From the NCBI GenBank assembly GCA_963751345.1, contig CAVVUS010000002.1:1-32140 (forward strand): 32,140 bases of DNA. Direction: 5' to 3'. Each line of letters begins with the position of its first letter. Position 1 is the stretch's first letter. The notes beneath the pieces are model-generated. The model searched no databases. It saw nothing but the letters and a program-made list of their open reading frames with translations, and was not told the origin of the DNA. The position numbers and the translations under genes were made by a program. The stretch comes from an uncultured Chloroflexia bacterium. GTDB taxonomy: Bacteria; Chloroflexota; Anaerolineae; B4-G1; SLSP01. This document shows positions 18,911-27,992 of this stretch, piece by piece.

Positions 18911-19061
18911 ACCCTCGCGGGAACCGCTTCCGCTGTTCGTCGCCCTCAGCCGCATCTGCGAAATCCGGACATCCGCTCGACAAACCGGCTAGCCTGTCCG
19001 CACCGGCCTCACGATCCGCGCCCTCCCAAGTGTATGCCCGCTGCGTAAGTGTGAAAACGTC

Positions 19062-19090
19062 TTGACAGGCCTCTGGCTTGGGCATAGGAT
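19062..19090 (+). promoter_or_regulatory. Sigma70-type promoter of phnDCE
   Basis: TTGACA-17 bp-TAGGAT; AAGGAGG RBS downstream. Confidence 0.7.
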
Positions 19091-19141
19091 TGGTTTGTCA
19101 CACAGGCACCCTTTCTTTAGCTGCGCAAGGAGGATGGTTGC

Positions 19142-20041
19142 ATGAAGAAGCTACTGATTTCCGTTGCTCTGATGCTCATCGTTGCTGTTGCGTTGGCCGG
19201 ATGTGGGGGCGGTGCTGCATTGGGCACCGAGAACAACCCCATCGTCTGGGCATTCGTGCCTTCCGGGGAGACCGCGACGGTCACCACAGGGGCAGAGGAC
19301 ATCGCGAATCTGTTGCAGGACGAGACCGGCTATGTCTTCAAGATCCTCGTGACCACGGAGTACGCCGGTGCGGTTGAGGCAATGTGTAGCGATCCGCCTG
19401 AGGCACAGATGGCATCGCTCAACACTTTCTCCTACGTGCTGGCCAACGAGCGCTGCGGTGTGGAGGCCAAACTCGTCGCGACGCGCTTTGGCACTGCATC
19501 GTACAACGGACAGATCATCGTGAAGGCTGACAGCGGTATCATGGGACTCGCCGATCTCGCCGGCAAGACGTTCTGCCGGCCTGACCCGCTCTCGACCAGC
19601 GGTTGGATCATCCCCTCGCTCTACCTTCGCGCAGCCGGGGTCAACCCGGACACGGACCTGGCCGAAGTGGTGGATGCGGGCTCCCACGATGCCGTGGTTG
19701 CGGCTGTCTACAATGGCGACTGCGACGCCGGTGCGACCTATGTGGATGCTCGCACGACGCTGGAGGCCGATCATCCTGACGTGATGGACGTGCTCACCGT
19801 GATCTGGATCTCCGACGATATCCCGAACGATGGTGTTCAGTTCGTCAAGGGCATGGATCCTGCGATGGAGGACAAGGTCATCCAGGGGCTGCTCTCGCTG
19901 ACCCAGTCGGACGCGGGGCTAGCCGCGCTGGACACCGCGTATAGCTGGGGCGGCCTGGAGGAGCACGGCGACTCGTTCTACGACCCCTTCCGCCAAGTGC
20001 TGCAGGCCTCAGGAATGAGCATCGAGCAGTTGACACAGTAG
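19142..20041 (+). CDS. phnD: Phosphate/phosphite/phosphonate ABC substrate-binding lipoprotein
   Basis: Lipobox LAGC, AFVPS, DPLSTSGWIIP, GSHDAVV, IPND. Confidence 0.9.
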   Translation: MKKLLISVALMLIVAVALAGCGGGAALGTENNPIVWAFVPSGETATVTTGAEDIANLLQDETGYVFKILVTTEYAGAVEAMCSDPPEAQMASLNTFSYVLANERCGVEAKLVATRFGTASYNGQIIVKADSGIMGLADLAGKTFCRPDPLSTSGWIIPSLYLRAAGVNPDTDLAEVVDAGSHDAVVAAVYNGDCDAGATYVDARTTLEADHPDVMDVLTVIWISDDIPNDGVQFVKGMDPAMEDKVIQGLLSLTQSDAGLAALDTAYSWGGLEEHGDSFYDPFRQVLQASGMSIEQLTQ

Positions 20042-20074
20042 ACGTGACCTGACCCCTCATCGGGGTCGAAGTCT

Positions 20075-20103
20075 GCAAAGGGGGGACTCTGTCCCCCCTT
20101 TGC
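20075..20103 (+). terminator. Intercistronic hairpin between phnD and phnC
   Basis: GCAAAGGGGGGAC-tct-GTCCCCCCTTTGC perfect 13 bp stem; a second small stem GACCCC/GGGGTC at 20051-20067; typical mRNA stabiliser or partial terminator after a binding-protein gene. Confidence 0.65.
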
Positions 20104-20126
20104 GCAACTCGGGGAGGAACGTCGAG

Positions 20127-20921
20127 ATGCTTGAGGTCAAACATCTGACCAAAGTCTACGAGGACGGGACTGTCGCACTCAGGGACGTCAGTTTCACCGT
20201 CAAGGACGGCGAGTTCCTGATTGTCATCGGCCTGAGCGGCTCGGGTAAGTCGACCCTGCTTCGCTGTATCAACCGGCTGGTCGAGCCGACGGAGGGCCAG
20301 ATCATCTGGGATGGCGAGGACATCACGGCGGCCGACCAGGCGCAGCTTCGCCTGATCCGGCGGCAGATCGGCATGGTCTTCCAGCAATTCAACCTCGTGA
20401 AGCGGTCGAAAGTGATCGCCAACGTCCTGAACGGACGGCTGGGCTACGTGAATCAGTGGCGGAGCCTCATCCGGGGGATGTCCAGGAAGGATGTCGAGAT
20501 GGCGTGGGCGGCCCTCGAGCGGATGGGGATCACCGATCAGGCTCAGAAGCGGGCCGATGAGCTGAGCGGAGGCCAGCAGCAGAGGGTCGGCATCGCGCGG
20601 GTGCTGGTCCAGGAGCCGAAGATCATCCTGGCTGACGAGCCTGTCGCGAGCCTCGACCCGGTACTGGCACACTCGATTCTCCAGCACCTGGAGGATCTGA
20701 ACCAGGAGGAGGGCATCACCGTTGTCTGCAGCCTCCACTACCTCGACCTCGTCCAGCGGTATGCCACGAGTGTGATCGGTCTGCGCGATGGTGAGATCGT
20801 CTACAAGGGAACACGCGCCGACATCCGGGCCATGACCGACCAGCAGTTCAGGGACATCTACGGTGAGCAGGCGGAGCGTGTGGGCGGCGGCCTTGAGGGT
20901 ACGGTCGGAGGTGCAATATGA
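20127..20921 (+). CDS. phnC: Phosphonate ABC transporter ATP-binding protein
   Basis: GLSGSGKS, VFQQFNL, LSGGQQQRV, LADEPVASLDP; GGAGG RBS. Confidence 0.93.
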   Translation: MLEVKHLTKVYEDGTVALRDVSFTVKDGEFLIVIGLSGSGKSTLLRCINRLVEPTEGQIIWDGEDITAADQAQLRLIRRQIGMVFQQFNLVKRSKVIANVLNGRLGYVNQWRSLIRGMSRKDVEMAWAALERMGITDQAQKRADELSGGQQQRVGIARVLVQEPKIILADEPVASLDPVLAHSILQHLEDLNQEEGITVVCSLHYLDLVQRYATSVIGLRDGEIVYKGTRADIRAMTDQQFRDIYGEQAERVGGGLEGTVGGAI

Positions 20922-22465
20922 CGACGGTCAGGCGTACTCCGGATGACAGGTCGGATTCCTCTCGTGTCCCGTCCGGGCCGCCGAGCCTGGTGTCTGCACC
21001 TCTCGCCGCGATCGCAAGTCTTATCATCCCGGGTCTTGGCCAGATCCTCGGGCGCCACCTGCGCCGGGGTCTGATTCTCCTGGGATCGGTCGTCACGATC
21101 ATCCCGCTTCTCGCATGGCGGATCGACCTGATCACGACCAGGCAGATCGGGGTTGCGGCGAAATACGGCCATGCGCTCGCCCGCGAACCGTTCTTCATCG
21201 GGTTGCTGACGGTCGGGATTGTGCTCCTGTGGCTATGGAATGTGTGGGACGCCTACAATCTGGCTCGGCCCGCGGGGCGGGGAGGGGCTGCGATCTTCCT
21301 GTTGATCACGCTGCTCTTCTTCGCGCTCGGATGGCAGATCAGCGAGATCAACCCCTACAAGGCTGTGACGGAGCTGTCGGATACGTGGCCGCTGCTCTCC
21401 AGGGTCCTGTGGCCGTGGCAGGCCGCGGTAACGCGAGAGACCGCGACGGTCTCAGCGTCGGCGGACATACAGGTGCCGTGCACAGACACTCCGCCGCCCC
21501 CGTCGGTTGAGACGCCCGGCAAGCCCTATCTGGTGGCCGAGCCAACCTGCGGCAATCTGTCCGAGTTGGACGAGAACAACAATATCATCCCGGGCACCAA
21601 GCTCCATCTGACCGGTGGCAATTTCGAGCCACGTACGGAGACCCAGATCTGGTGGAAGGACCCCATCAGCAATGAGTTTCAGGTGCGCGAGGGCGGGGAG
21701 TACGTGTCCCTGCTGACGGATGACGCGGGTAGCTTCGAGGTCGACATCATCATGCCCTACCGGCTGCTTCCGCCCAGCGCCACGGGGCCACAGATCAATC
21801 AGGTGCAGGCGCGGCAGGTCTCCGACGTCGGGCCCCTGGTCCCCAGCGAGCCGCTCAAGTTGAGCGTCGAGCGGATGGTGGAGACTATCTTCCTGGGCAT
21901 GATGGCCACCGCCTTTGGAATCGTGCTGGCTGTGCCGGTCAGCTTCCTGGCGGCCCGAAACCTCATGTCACACTCGCCGATCACGCTGGTGATCTACTAC
22001 ATCACCCGTACGATCCTGAACATCGTGCGCTCCATCGAGCCCTTGATCTGGGTCATCATCGCGACGCAGTGGGTGGGGCTCGGGCCCTTCGCGGGCATCA
22101 TCGCGCTGACGATCCACACGATGGCGGCGCTGGGCAAGCTCTACTCGGAGGCCATCGAGGGCATCGACCCGGGCCCCATCGAGGCGGTGCAGGCCACGGG
22201 GGCGACGCGGCTGCAGACCATCAGGTACGGCGTGATCCCGCAGATGATCCCGCCCTTCGTCTCCTTCTCCATCTACCGCTGGGACGTCAACGTCCGGATG
22301 TCCACGGTGATCGGTATGGTCGGCGGTGGTGGCATCGGCTTCATCCTGATCCAGTACATCCGGCTGCTGAACTTCCGCGCTGCCGGAATCGCGGTCTGGT
22401 TTATCGCCATCACGGTTGCGATCCTGGACAACGTGAGTGCCGAGATTCGGGAGAAGTACACGTAG
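20918..22465 (+). CDS. phnE: Phosphonate ABC permease with long N-terminal extension (515 aa)
   Basis: C-terminal ETIFLG, RSIEPLIW, GLGPFAG, GKLYSEAIE, YRWDVNVRMSTVIGMVGGGGIG; ATGA overlap with phnC. Confidence 0.9.
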   Translation: MTTVRRTPDDRSDSSRVPSGPPSLVSAPLAAIASLIIPGLGQILGRHLRRGLILLGSVVTIIPLLAWRIDLITTRQIGVAAKYGHALAREPFFIGLLTVGIVLLWLWNVWDAYNLARPAGRGGAAIFLLITLLFFALGWQISEINPYKAVTELSDTWPLLSRVLWPWQAAVTRETATVSASADIQVPCTDTPPPPSVETPGKPYLVAEPTCGNLSELDENNNIIPGTKLHLTGGNFEPRTETQIWWKDPISNEFQVREGGEYVSLLTDDAGSFEVDIIMPYRLLPPSATGPQINQVQARQVSDVGPLVPSEPLKLSVERMVETIFLGMMATAFGIVLAVPVSFLAARNLMSHSPITLVIYYITRTILNIVRSIEPLIWVIIATQWVGLGPFAGIIALTIHTMAALGKLYSEAIEGIDPGPIEAVQATGATRLQTIRYGVIPQMIPPFVSFSIYRWDVNVRMSTVIGMVGGGGIGFILIQYIRLLNFRAAGIAVWFIAITVAILDNVSAEIREKYT

Positions 22466-22478
22466 GCCGAGACCGTTG

Positions 22479-22518
22479 GGACGTTTTCACGTTTGAACGT
22501 TCAAACGTGAAAACGTCC
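22479..22518. repeat. Perfect 40 bp palindrome built from 8-bp ACGT-containing units
   Basis: GGACGTTTTCACGTTTGAAC|GTTCAAACGTGAAAACGTCC; ACGT at 22481, 22489, 22497, 22505, 22513. Confidence 0.95.
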
Positions 22519-22547
22519 TCTTGGGTCAAACTGTAACGAAAACGCAA

Positions 22548-22601
22548 TGGATTTATAACCAATAACAAACCTTTCTGCGATATAATGGGGTTGTAAATCC
22601 A
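22548..22601 (+). promoter_or_regulatory. AT-rich promoter with TATAAT bracketed by an inverted repeat
   Basis: TATAAT at 22581-22586; TGGATTTATAACC (22548-22560) and GGTTGTAAATCCA (22589-22601) are 12/13 complementary; no good -35. Confidence 0.55.
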
Positions 22602-22684
22602 CATGCCGCGAACGGCACGAGGCTCGGGGATGCGCCGGCCCAACACCTCGCGCGGTGTGGCTGCAACGTTATAGGAGGACGATT

Positions 22685-22789
22685 GTGACCGTGCAGATGA
22701 ATAGGGTCATCTGGTTTCTCATATCCATTGGCTTGGTGGCAGCACTTCTCGTCGCCAGCGCCCTCGTTGCGGGCGCCGCGTTTCCCTAA
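22685..22789 (+). CDS. Small single-TM membrane peptide (34 aa)
   Basis: AGGAGG at 22673-22678, GTG 6 nt later; MTVQMNRVIWFLISIGLVAALLVASALVAGAAFP*; below the ORF-track cutoff. Confidence 0.6.
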   Translation: MTVQMNRVIWFLISIGLVAALLVASALVAGAAFP

Positions 22790-22812
22790 CCTACAGCAGA
22801 CCCCAAAGCCGA

Positions 22813-22861
22813 TCACAGCGCGCGCCGCACGACGAGCCCGTGCGTGCGGCGCGTGTAGTGA
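22813..22861. terminator. Hairpin between the convergent small ORF and beta-helix gene
   Basis: CGCGCCGCACG (22821-22831)/CGTGCGGCGCG (22843-22853) perfect 11 bp stem, extendable with G-U pairs. Confidence 0.55.
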
Positions 22862-22873
22862 GATGGTTGTGCG

Positions 22874-24109
22874 CTAGACCTGCTCCCAGGAACCGAGTAC
22901 CTGGACGTCACCCGCGCTCTGGTTGGCGATGCGCAGGGGACCGCCGCCGGCCGTTGTCCCCACGATTGAGGCATAGGCGACATCTGCTCCCAGCGTGATG
23001 TGCGGCCCGGTGGGCGTAGCGTCCATGAAGTCCACCCCGTTGACGATGAGCTTCCCCGCCCGCACCTCGACACACGGCACGCCGTGGTGCTCCTGGTCCC
23101 ACGCGCTGAAGTGCGTCGCAGCCAGGAAGACCGTGCCGCTGCCCTTCAGGATCATCTGCGAGCCGGCGCCCGCGCGTCCCCAGAAGCCGCAGTTGCTCAG
23201 CTTCACGGGGCCCCGGTTCTGAGGCGCGATCTCGAAGCCCGACATGAACTGGCAGTTCTCGAACGCGATTCCGGCGTGAGCCTGGACCGCTTCGACCAAC
23301 ACCGCCAGAGGCCCGAGATCCGACCCGCTCTGGGTGATGACAGCATTGCCGGTGCCGCCGCTGGGCGTGTCAGAATCGATGAAGCGGAAGCCGACCTTGG
23401 CCCAGATGACGAACGAGTTGCTGATGTACTCCCAGTCCGTCCTGCCGATGATGTAGCCCTCCAGGTTTGCCAGCGTGTAGGCATTGACCTGGGCGACCTC
23501 CTCGCGCGTCAACGACCGCTCGGGATAGTGGATGCGCCACCAGTAGACGCTGTGTATGTGGACGTTCTCCAGCCTGCCGATGTCGGTGGTCTGGTCGATC
23601 AGGACCCCGCGCCGCAGACAGCACATCAGAACGTTCCGCAGGAAGTGGCCCTCGTTGTGGAAGGAGCCGCAGTCGACACCGTTGTAGGCGTTGGCAATCG
23701 TCACGTCGATGACGTTGTAGTGCTGCCCGCGACCCTGGATGGTCCAGGGGTAGGGGTGGATGTCGTCCGGCAACTGTTCCGGGTAATAGATCGTCACGCC
23801 CTTCAGGGTGCTGTTGTGTGTCAGGCTGATGAAGGGCGTACTCTCCTCGTCATCACGCCCGGCATAGGCCAACAGCACCGTCCCGCGCTCCACCATCGAG
23901 GTGTGGGGTCCGGGCCAGCTGCCCTCCAGCGTCACGCCCGCGGGAATCGAGAGCGTCCCGTCCAGCCGGTACTGCCCGACGGGCACGACGACGCACTTGC
24001 CCTCGCCCGCCGCCTCATCCAGTGCGACCTGGAACGCGCCCGTGTCGTCGTTGAGACCGTCCCCGTATGCGCCAAAGTCCAGTACATTGAGTGTTGATGT
24101 CTCTGCCAT
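22874..24109 (-). CDS. Right-handed beta-helix protein (pectate lyase 3 / GH28-related family)
   Basis: N-terminal NVLDFGAYGDGLNDDTGAFQ..L, VVVPVGQY, IPAGVTLEG; beta-helix-like repeats; no signal peptide. Confidence 0.85.
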   Translation of the reverse strand: MAETSTLNVLDFGAYGDGLNDDTGAFQVALDEAAGEGKCVVVPVGQYRLDGTLSIPAGVTLEGSWPGPHTSMVERGTVLLAYAGRDDEESTPFISLTHNSTLKGVTIYYPEQLPDDIHPYPWTIQGRGQHYNVIDVTIANAYNGVDCGSFHNEGHFLRNVLMCCLRRGVLIDQTTDIGRLENVHIHSVYWWRIHYPERSLTREEVAQVNAYTLANLEGYIIGRTDWEYISNSFVIWAKVGFRFIDSDTPSGGTGNAVITQSGSDLGPLAVLVEAVQAHAGIAFENCQFMSGFEIAPQNRGPVKLSNCGFWGRAGAGSQMILKGSGTVFLAATHFSAWDQEHHGVPCVEVRAGKLIVNGVDFMDATPTGPHITLGADVAYASIVGTTAGGGPLRIANQSAGDVQVLGSWEQV

Positions 24110-24167
24110 GTCAGTTTTCCTTTCGAACTATGTGTCTGAATCACAGATGCATGTATTACTCATTTTT

Positions 24168-25864
24168 TCAGACGCTCTTTCGTAGCAGATACTTTCCGAT
24201 GACCAGGGCATCGAGCCCCGAATTGTAGAAGCAGGCCACCGCTTCCTTGGGCGTGCAGACAATCGGCTCGCCGCGCACGTTGAACGAGGTGTTGAGCACG
24301 ACAGGCATCCCCGTTCGCTCGCCCAGGTGTTCCAGCAGCCTGTAGTAGAGCGGATTGCTCTCACGGGTGACGGTGTGCAGACGCGCCGTCCCGTTCACGT
24401 GGGTGATCGCCGGGAGCCGCTCGCCCACACCGGCGCGCACCGGCGCGACGCGCAGCATGTAGGGCGAGCGGCCCACGTCCTCGAAGTAGGTGTCGCTGGC
24501 CTCCTCGAGCACCGAGGGTGCGAAGGGCCGGAAGGGCTCGCGGAACTTGACCGCAGCGTTGATGCGCTCTTTCATGTCGGCCCGGCGCGGGTCGGCCAGG
24601 ATGCTGCGGTTGCCCAGGGCACGCGGGCCCGAACTCCAGACGTCCCTGGAACCAGCCAACGATCTGGCCCTGCGTCACAAGGTCGGCAGCGGTCGCAGCG
24701 GGATCGTCGAGCCGCTCGTAGTCGAGCTTGCCCAGGCGAAGGTGTTCCTCGATCTCCTCGCGAGCTGTATTCCGGCCCAAGGTAGACGTGGGCGAGCGGC
24801 TCGCGGGCGGCGTTCCCCAGGGCCGTGTGGTAGGCGTAGAGCGCCGCACCCAGCGCGCAGCCCGCGTCGTTGGCCGCCGGCTGGATGAAGATCCGGTCGA
24901 AGGGACCCTGTTGTGCGAGCTTGCCGTTGGCGGCGCTGTTGAGCGCGACCCCACCGGCCATGCAGAGGTTCGATAGCCCGGTGCGCTCGTGGAGGTGATC
25001 GACCAGGTGGAAGAGCGCCTCCTCCAGCCGCTGCTGGACGCTGGCGGCCAGATCCGCGTAGGGCTGCGGCGGCATGTCGGTCGTGGTCGACGGCGGGCCG
25101 AAGACCTCTTCCATGTAGGGGCTGTACCAGGTGGATCGACCATAGTCGTGGTGGAAGTTGAAGTACCGCAGGTCGAGCCGGTGCTGCGCCCCGTCGGCCA
25201 GGAGCAGGACCTCGCGCAGGCGTTCGTCGAAGCGCGGCTCGCCGAAGGCGGCCAGGCCCATCACTTTGTACTCGCCATCGAAGGGATTGAAGCCCAGGTA
25301 CTCGGTGAAGGCCGAGTAGTAGAAGCCAAGGGAGTGGGGGAAGCTGACCGATTCGAGTGCCTCCAGGCGGTTGCCCGCGCCCCGGTAGAGCGAGGTCACC
25401 GGCCATTCGCCCATCGCGTCCACGACGAGCACGGCGGCCTCGTCGAACGGTGAGACATAGAAGGCGCTGGCAGCGTGAGCGAGGTGGTGCGGCACGAAGA
25501 CGACGCGCGTGCGGGCCGGGAGCTTCAGCTCGTATCGGGCATAGGCGGGCGGCGCGAGATACCACACGCGTCGCGCGAGCTCGGCCAGTGCGATGAAGTT
25601 GGCCCTAGGGAAATGGCGGAGAGCGTGCCAGATGCCGCGTCCGAGTCCCACCGTCGGCGAGAACGAGAACGCGACCACGTCCACGTCGTCCGGGGTCACG
25701 CCGCCCGCCTCCAGGCAGTAGCGTGCCGCGCGTGCGGGGAAGGCGAACGGGGCGTGCTTGATGCGGCTGAGCCGTTCCTCCTCGACCGCCGCGACCAGCC
25801 GCCCGTCCTGCAGCAGGCTCGCGGCGCTGTCGTGCTCGCCCCAGTTGATGCCCAGGATGTTCAT
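24168..25864 (-). CDS. NodU/CmcH-family carbamoyltransferase (~564 aa), two +1 frameshifts near 24762 and 24627
   Basis: HDSAA, EEERLSRIKH, HHLAHA, EYKVMGLA, GGVALN, QPAANDAG, then [40 protein letters not shown] across three frames; GGAGG RBS. Confidence 0.88.
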
Positions 25865-25927
25865 GATGCAGACCTCCCCCCGATCGGTCCGGGTCGTGAC
25901 GTGGTGACTCTGGGTCCCTGAGGTAAG

Positions 25928-25956
25928 GTTGTACTTCGGAGCGCCGCTTCCGTCAA
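25928..25956 (-). promoter_or_regulatory. Candidate promoter of the carbamoyltransferase
   Basis: Minus strand TTGACG-17 bp-TACAAC. Confidence 0.45.
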
Positions 25957-25999
25957 CCGGGAAGGGGCTGCTGGGGTAGGGCATGCAGCAGCCCGGCGG

Positions 26000-26027
26000 T
26001 TGACCGCCCAGGCGCCGTATGTATCAT
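26000..26027 (+). promoter_or_regulatory. Candidate promoter of the nucleotidyltransferase
   Basis: TTGACC-16 bp-TATCAT; overlaps the ORF-track ATG 26019, arguing the true start is 26075. Confidence 0.45.
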
Positions 26028-26074
26028 CGTAACCGACCTCATCCAACTGACATTACCGGAACGGAGCGTAATCC

Positions 26075-26875
26075 ATGGGCGACCTACCTAGATCACCCAA
26101 CCCCCTATCCTGACGTCAATGCCCTGCTCGCCGTGCTGCTGCCGAACGTGCGCGCGATCCTGGGTGATCGCCTCATTGGGCTGTATCTTGATGGCTCGCT
26201 GGCGACCGGTGGTTTCGACCAGGATAGCGACATCGACTTCGTCGCGGTCACCCGTTCTCCGGTCGACGACAATGACTTCCTCGCTTTGAGCGAGATGCAC
26301 GATCGCATCACCACGCTCGACTCCCCGTTTGCCTTTGAGCTCGAAGGTTTCTACGTCCCTGCGTCGGCGCTGCGACGAGACGACCCCAGGGCCATCCGGT
26401 GCCCGAACCTCGAGCGGGGCAAGGGGGAGCGGCTCAAGTGGGTGCAGCTCGACACGTGGTGGGCCGTGCACCGTCACGTGCTCTATGAGCACGGGGTCGT
26501 GGTGTCCGGCCCGGCCCCACGGAAGCTGGTGGATCGCGTGACGCCGGACGAACTCCGCGACGCTATGGCGCCACTCCTGGCGGAGTGGCTGCCGGAGATC
26601 CGCCAGGACTCCACCGGAAATGGCGTCCCGCGGCTATCAGTGCTACATCGTCCTCACGCTCTGCCGGATCCTCTACACCCTGGCGCAGGGTGACGTGACG
26701 TCGAAGGCCGCCGCGGCTCGTTGGGCCCGTGATGCGGTCCCGTCGCGCTGGGTGCCGCTGATCGAGGACGCGTGGCGAGGGCAGGCATCATTCGGACGGC
26801 GACCTTCCGGCCGAGGCCGTACAGGAGACACTGGCGTTCATCCGCTTCACGCTGGAACACGGCAAGCTGGGCTAG
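26075..26875 (+). CDS. Aminoglycoside adenylyltransferase-like nucleotidyltransferase (DUF4111 type, ~265 aa), three +1 frameshifts
   Basis: GLYLDGSLATGGFDQDSDIDF (Pol-beta NTase GS..DxD), YIVLTLCRILYTL..G...SK, restored tail ETLAFIRFTLEHGKLG*; indels near 26078, 26610, 26780; GGAG RBS before ATG 26075. Could be a true pseudogene. Confidence 0.75.
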
Positions 26876-26889
26876 TGGATAGTTGAGTT

Positions 26890-26966
26890 GGTTCGTAGTA
26901 ACGACTTCAGTCGTTCTGGTGCCTCAGAAGTCGGTAACAGAACCGATGAATCGGTTACTACGAACC
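26890..26966. repeat. Inverted doublet of GTAG-type REP elements
   Basis: GGTTCGTAGTAACGACTTCAGTCGTTCTG (26890-26918) and the reverse complement of 26938-26966, GGTTCGTAGTAACCGATTCATCGGTTCTG; between convergent genes. Confidence 0.85.
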
Positions 26967-26991
26967 TACCTAACTGACCCTAGGCGTCGGA

Positions 26992-27858
26992 TCAGTCCTC
27001 CGTGTAGAAGGCGATGCCCAGCGTGCCCGGTCCACCGTGGGTGCCCACGGCGGGCGTCAGGATGCGCGTGGTCATATGCTCGGGCTTGAGACGGTCGGTG
27101 ACCATTTCCGTGAAAGCCGGTAGGTCCGCCTGCGCCTCGGCATGGATGATGGATAGCTCTGCCGGACGGCGACCGGCAAGGCGGTCCTCGGCGATCTCGA
27201 TGACGCGGCGCAACGACTTGTTGCGGCTGCGGACCTTCTCCAACGGCTCGACACGCCCCTGGTCGATCATCAACACCGGCTTCAGGTTCAGCGCTGATCC
27301 CAGCAGGCGTGCCGCTCCGCCGATGCGCCCGCCGCGATGCAGGAACTCGAGTGTGTCCACGGCGAAGATGACGTGGCAGGCATTCTGGCACCGATGCACC
27401 GCTGCCATGCCCTCCTCGATCGACAGCCCCTTGTTTGCTGCCCGCTGCGCCACCAACACCTGCAGGCCCAGGCCCATAGAGACCGAGTATGAGTTAATGA
27501 ACTCAATGCGCAGATCGGGGTCCGATTCAGCCAGATATGCCCTGGCCTGCATGGCGGAGGCAATGGTGCCGCTCAACTCGGCTGAGACGAACACGCCCAG
27601 GACTGCATCGACGCCCTGCGCCTCTGCAGCTGCCTTGATGAACTCGATGAAGGCGCCCGCGGAGGGCTGGGATGTCTTCGGGAGCTCCTTGCGCTCCTTG
27701 AGCCAGCGGTAGAACGTATCGGCGGGGAGCGTCACGCCGTCGAGGTAGGTGTCGCTGCCCCAGTGCACGTTCAGAGGAATCACGGGGATCCCGAGCTCCT
27801 CAGCTGGTCCTGGCGATAGGTTCGAGGTGCTGTCGGTAACTACTGCGAAGTGTTTCAT
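26992..27858 (-). CDS. DegV family fatty-acid-binding protein
   Basis: VVTDSTSNL, PKTSQPS, SAELSGT, TLEFLHRGGRIG, LNLKPVL, VGTHGGPG. Confidence 0.95.
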   Translation of the reverse strand: MKHFAVVTDSTSNLSPGPAEELGIPVIPLNVHWGSDTYLDGVTLPADTFYRWLKERKELPKTSQPSAGAFIEFIKAAAEAQGVDAVLGVFVSAELSGTIASAMQARAYLAESDPDLRIEFINSYSVSMGLGLQVLVAQRAANKGLSIEEGMAAVHRCQNACHVIFAVDTLEFLHRGGRIGGAARLLGSALNLKPVLMIDQGRVEPLEKVRSRNKSLRRVIEIAEDRLAGRRPAELSIIHAEAQADLPAFTEMVTDRLKPEHMTTRILTPAVGTHGGPGTLGIAFYTED

Positions 27859-27992
27859 AGCCGGCCCTTTCTGCGAATCGCGTTGGCTCGAGCCCTTTGA
27901 AGGAGCTTCTGTGCACGCAGTCGTGGACGGGGTACGTGGTTGGATGACGGTCGTGCTCTAGTCACAACACGCGTAGTGGATGAAGGATACGT

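Noticed and set aside
26075-26875. Functional aadA aminoglycoside resistance gene or integron cassette
   Set aside because: Only family-level similarity; no attC or integrase; the downstream inverted repeat is a GTAG REP doublet.
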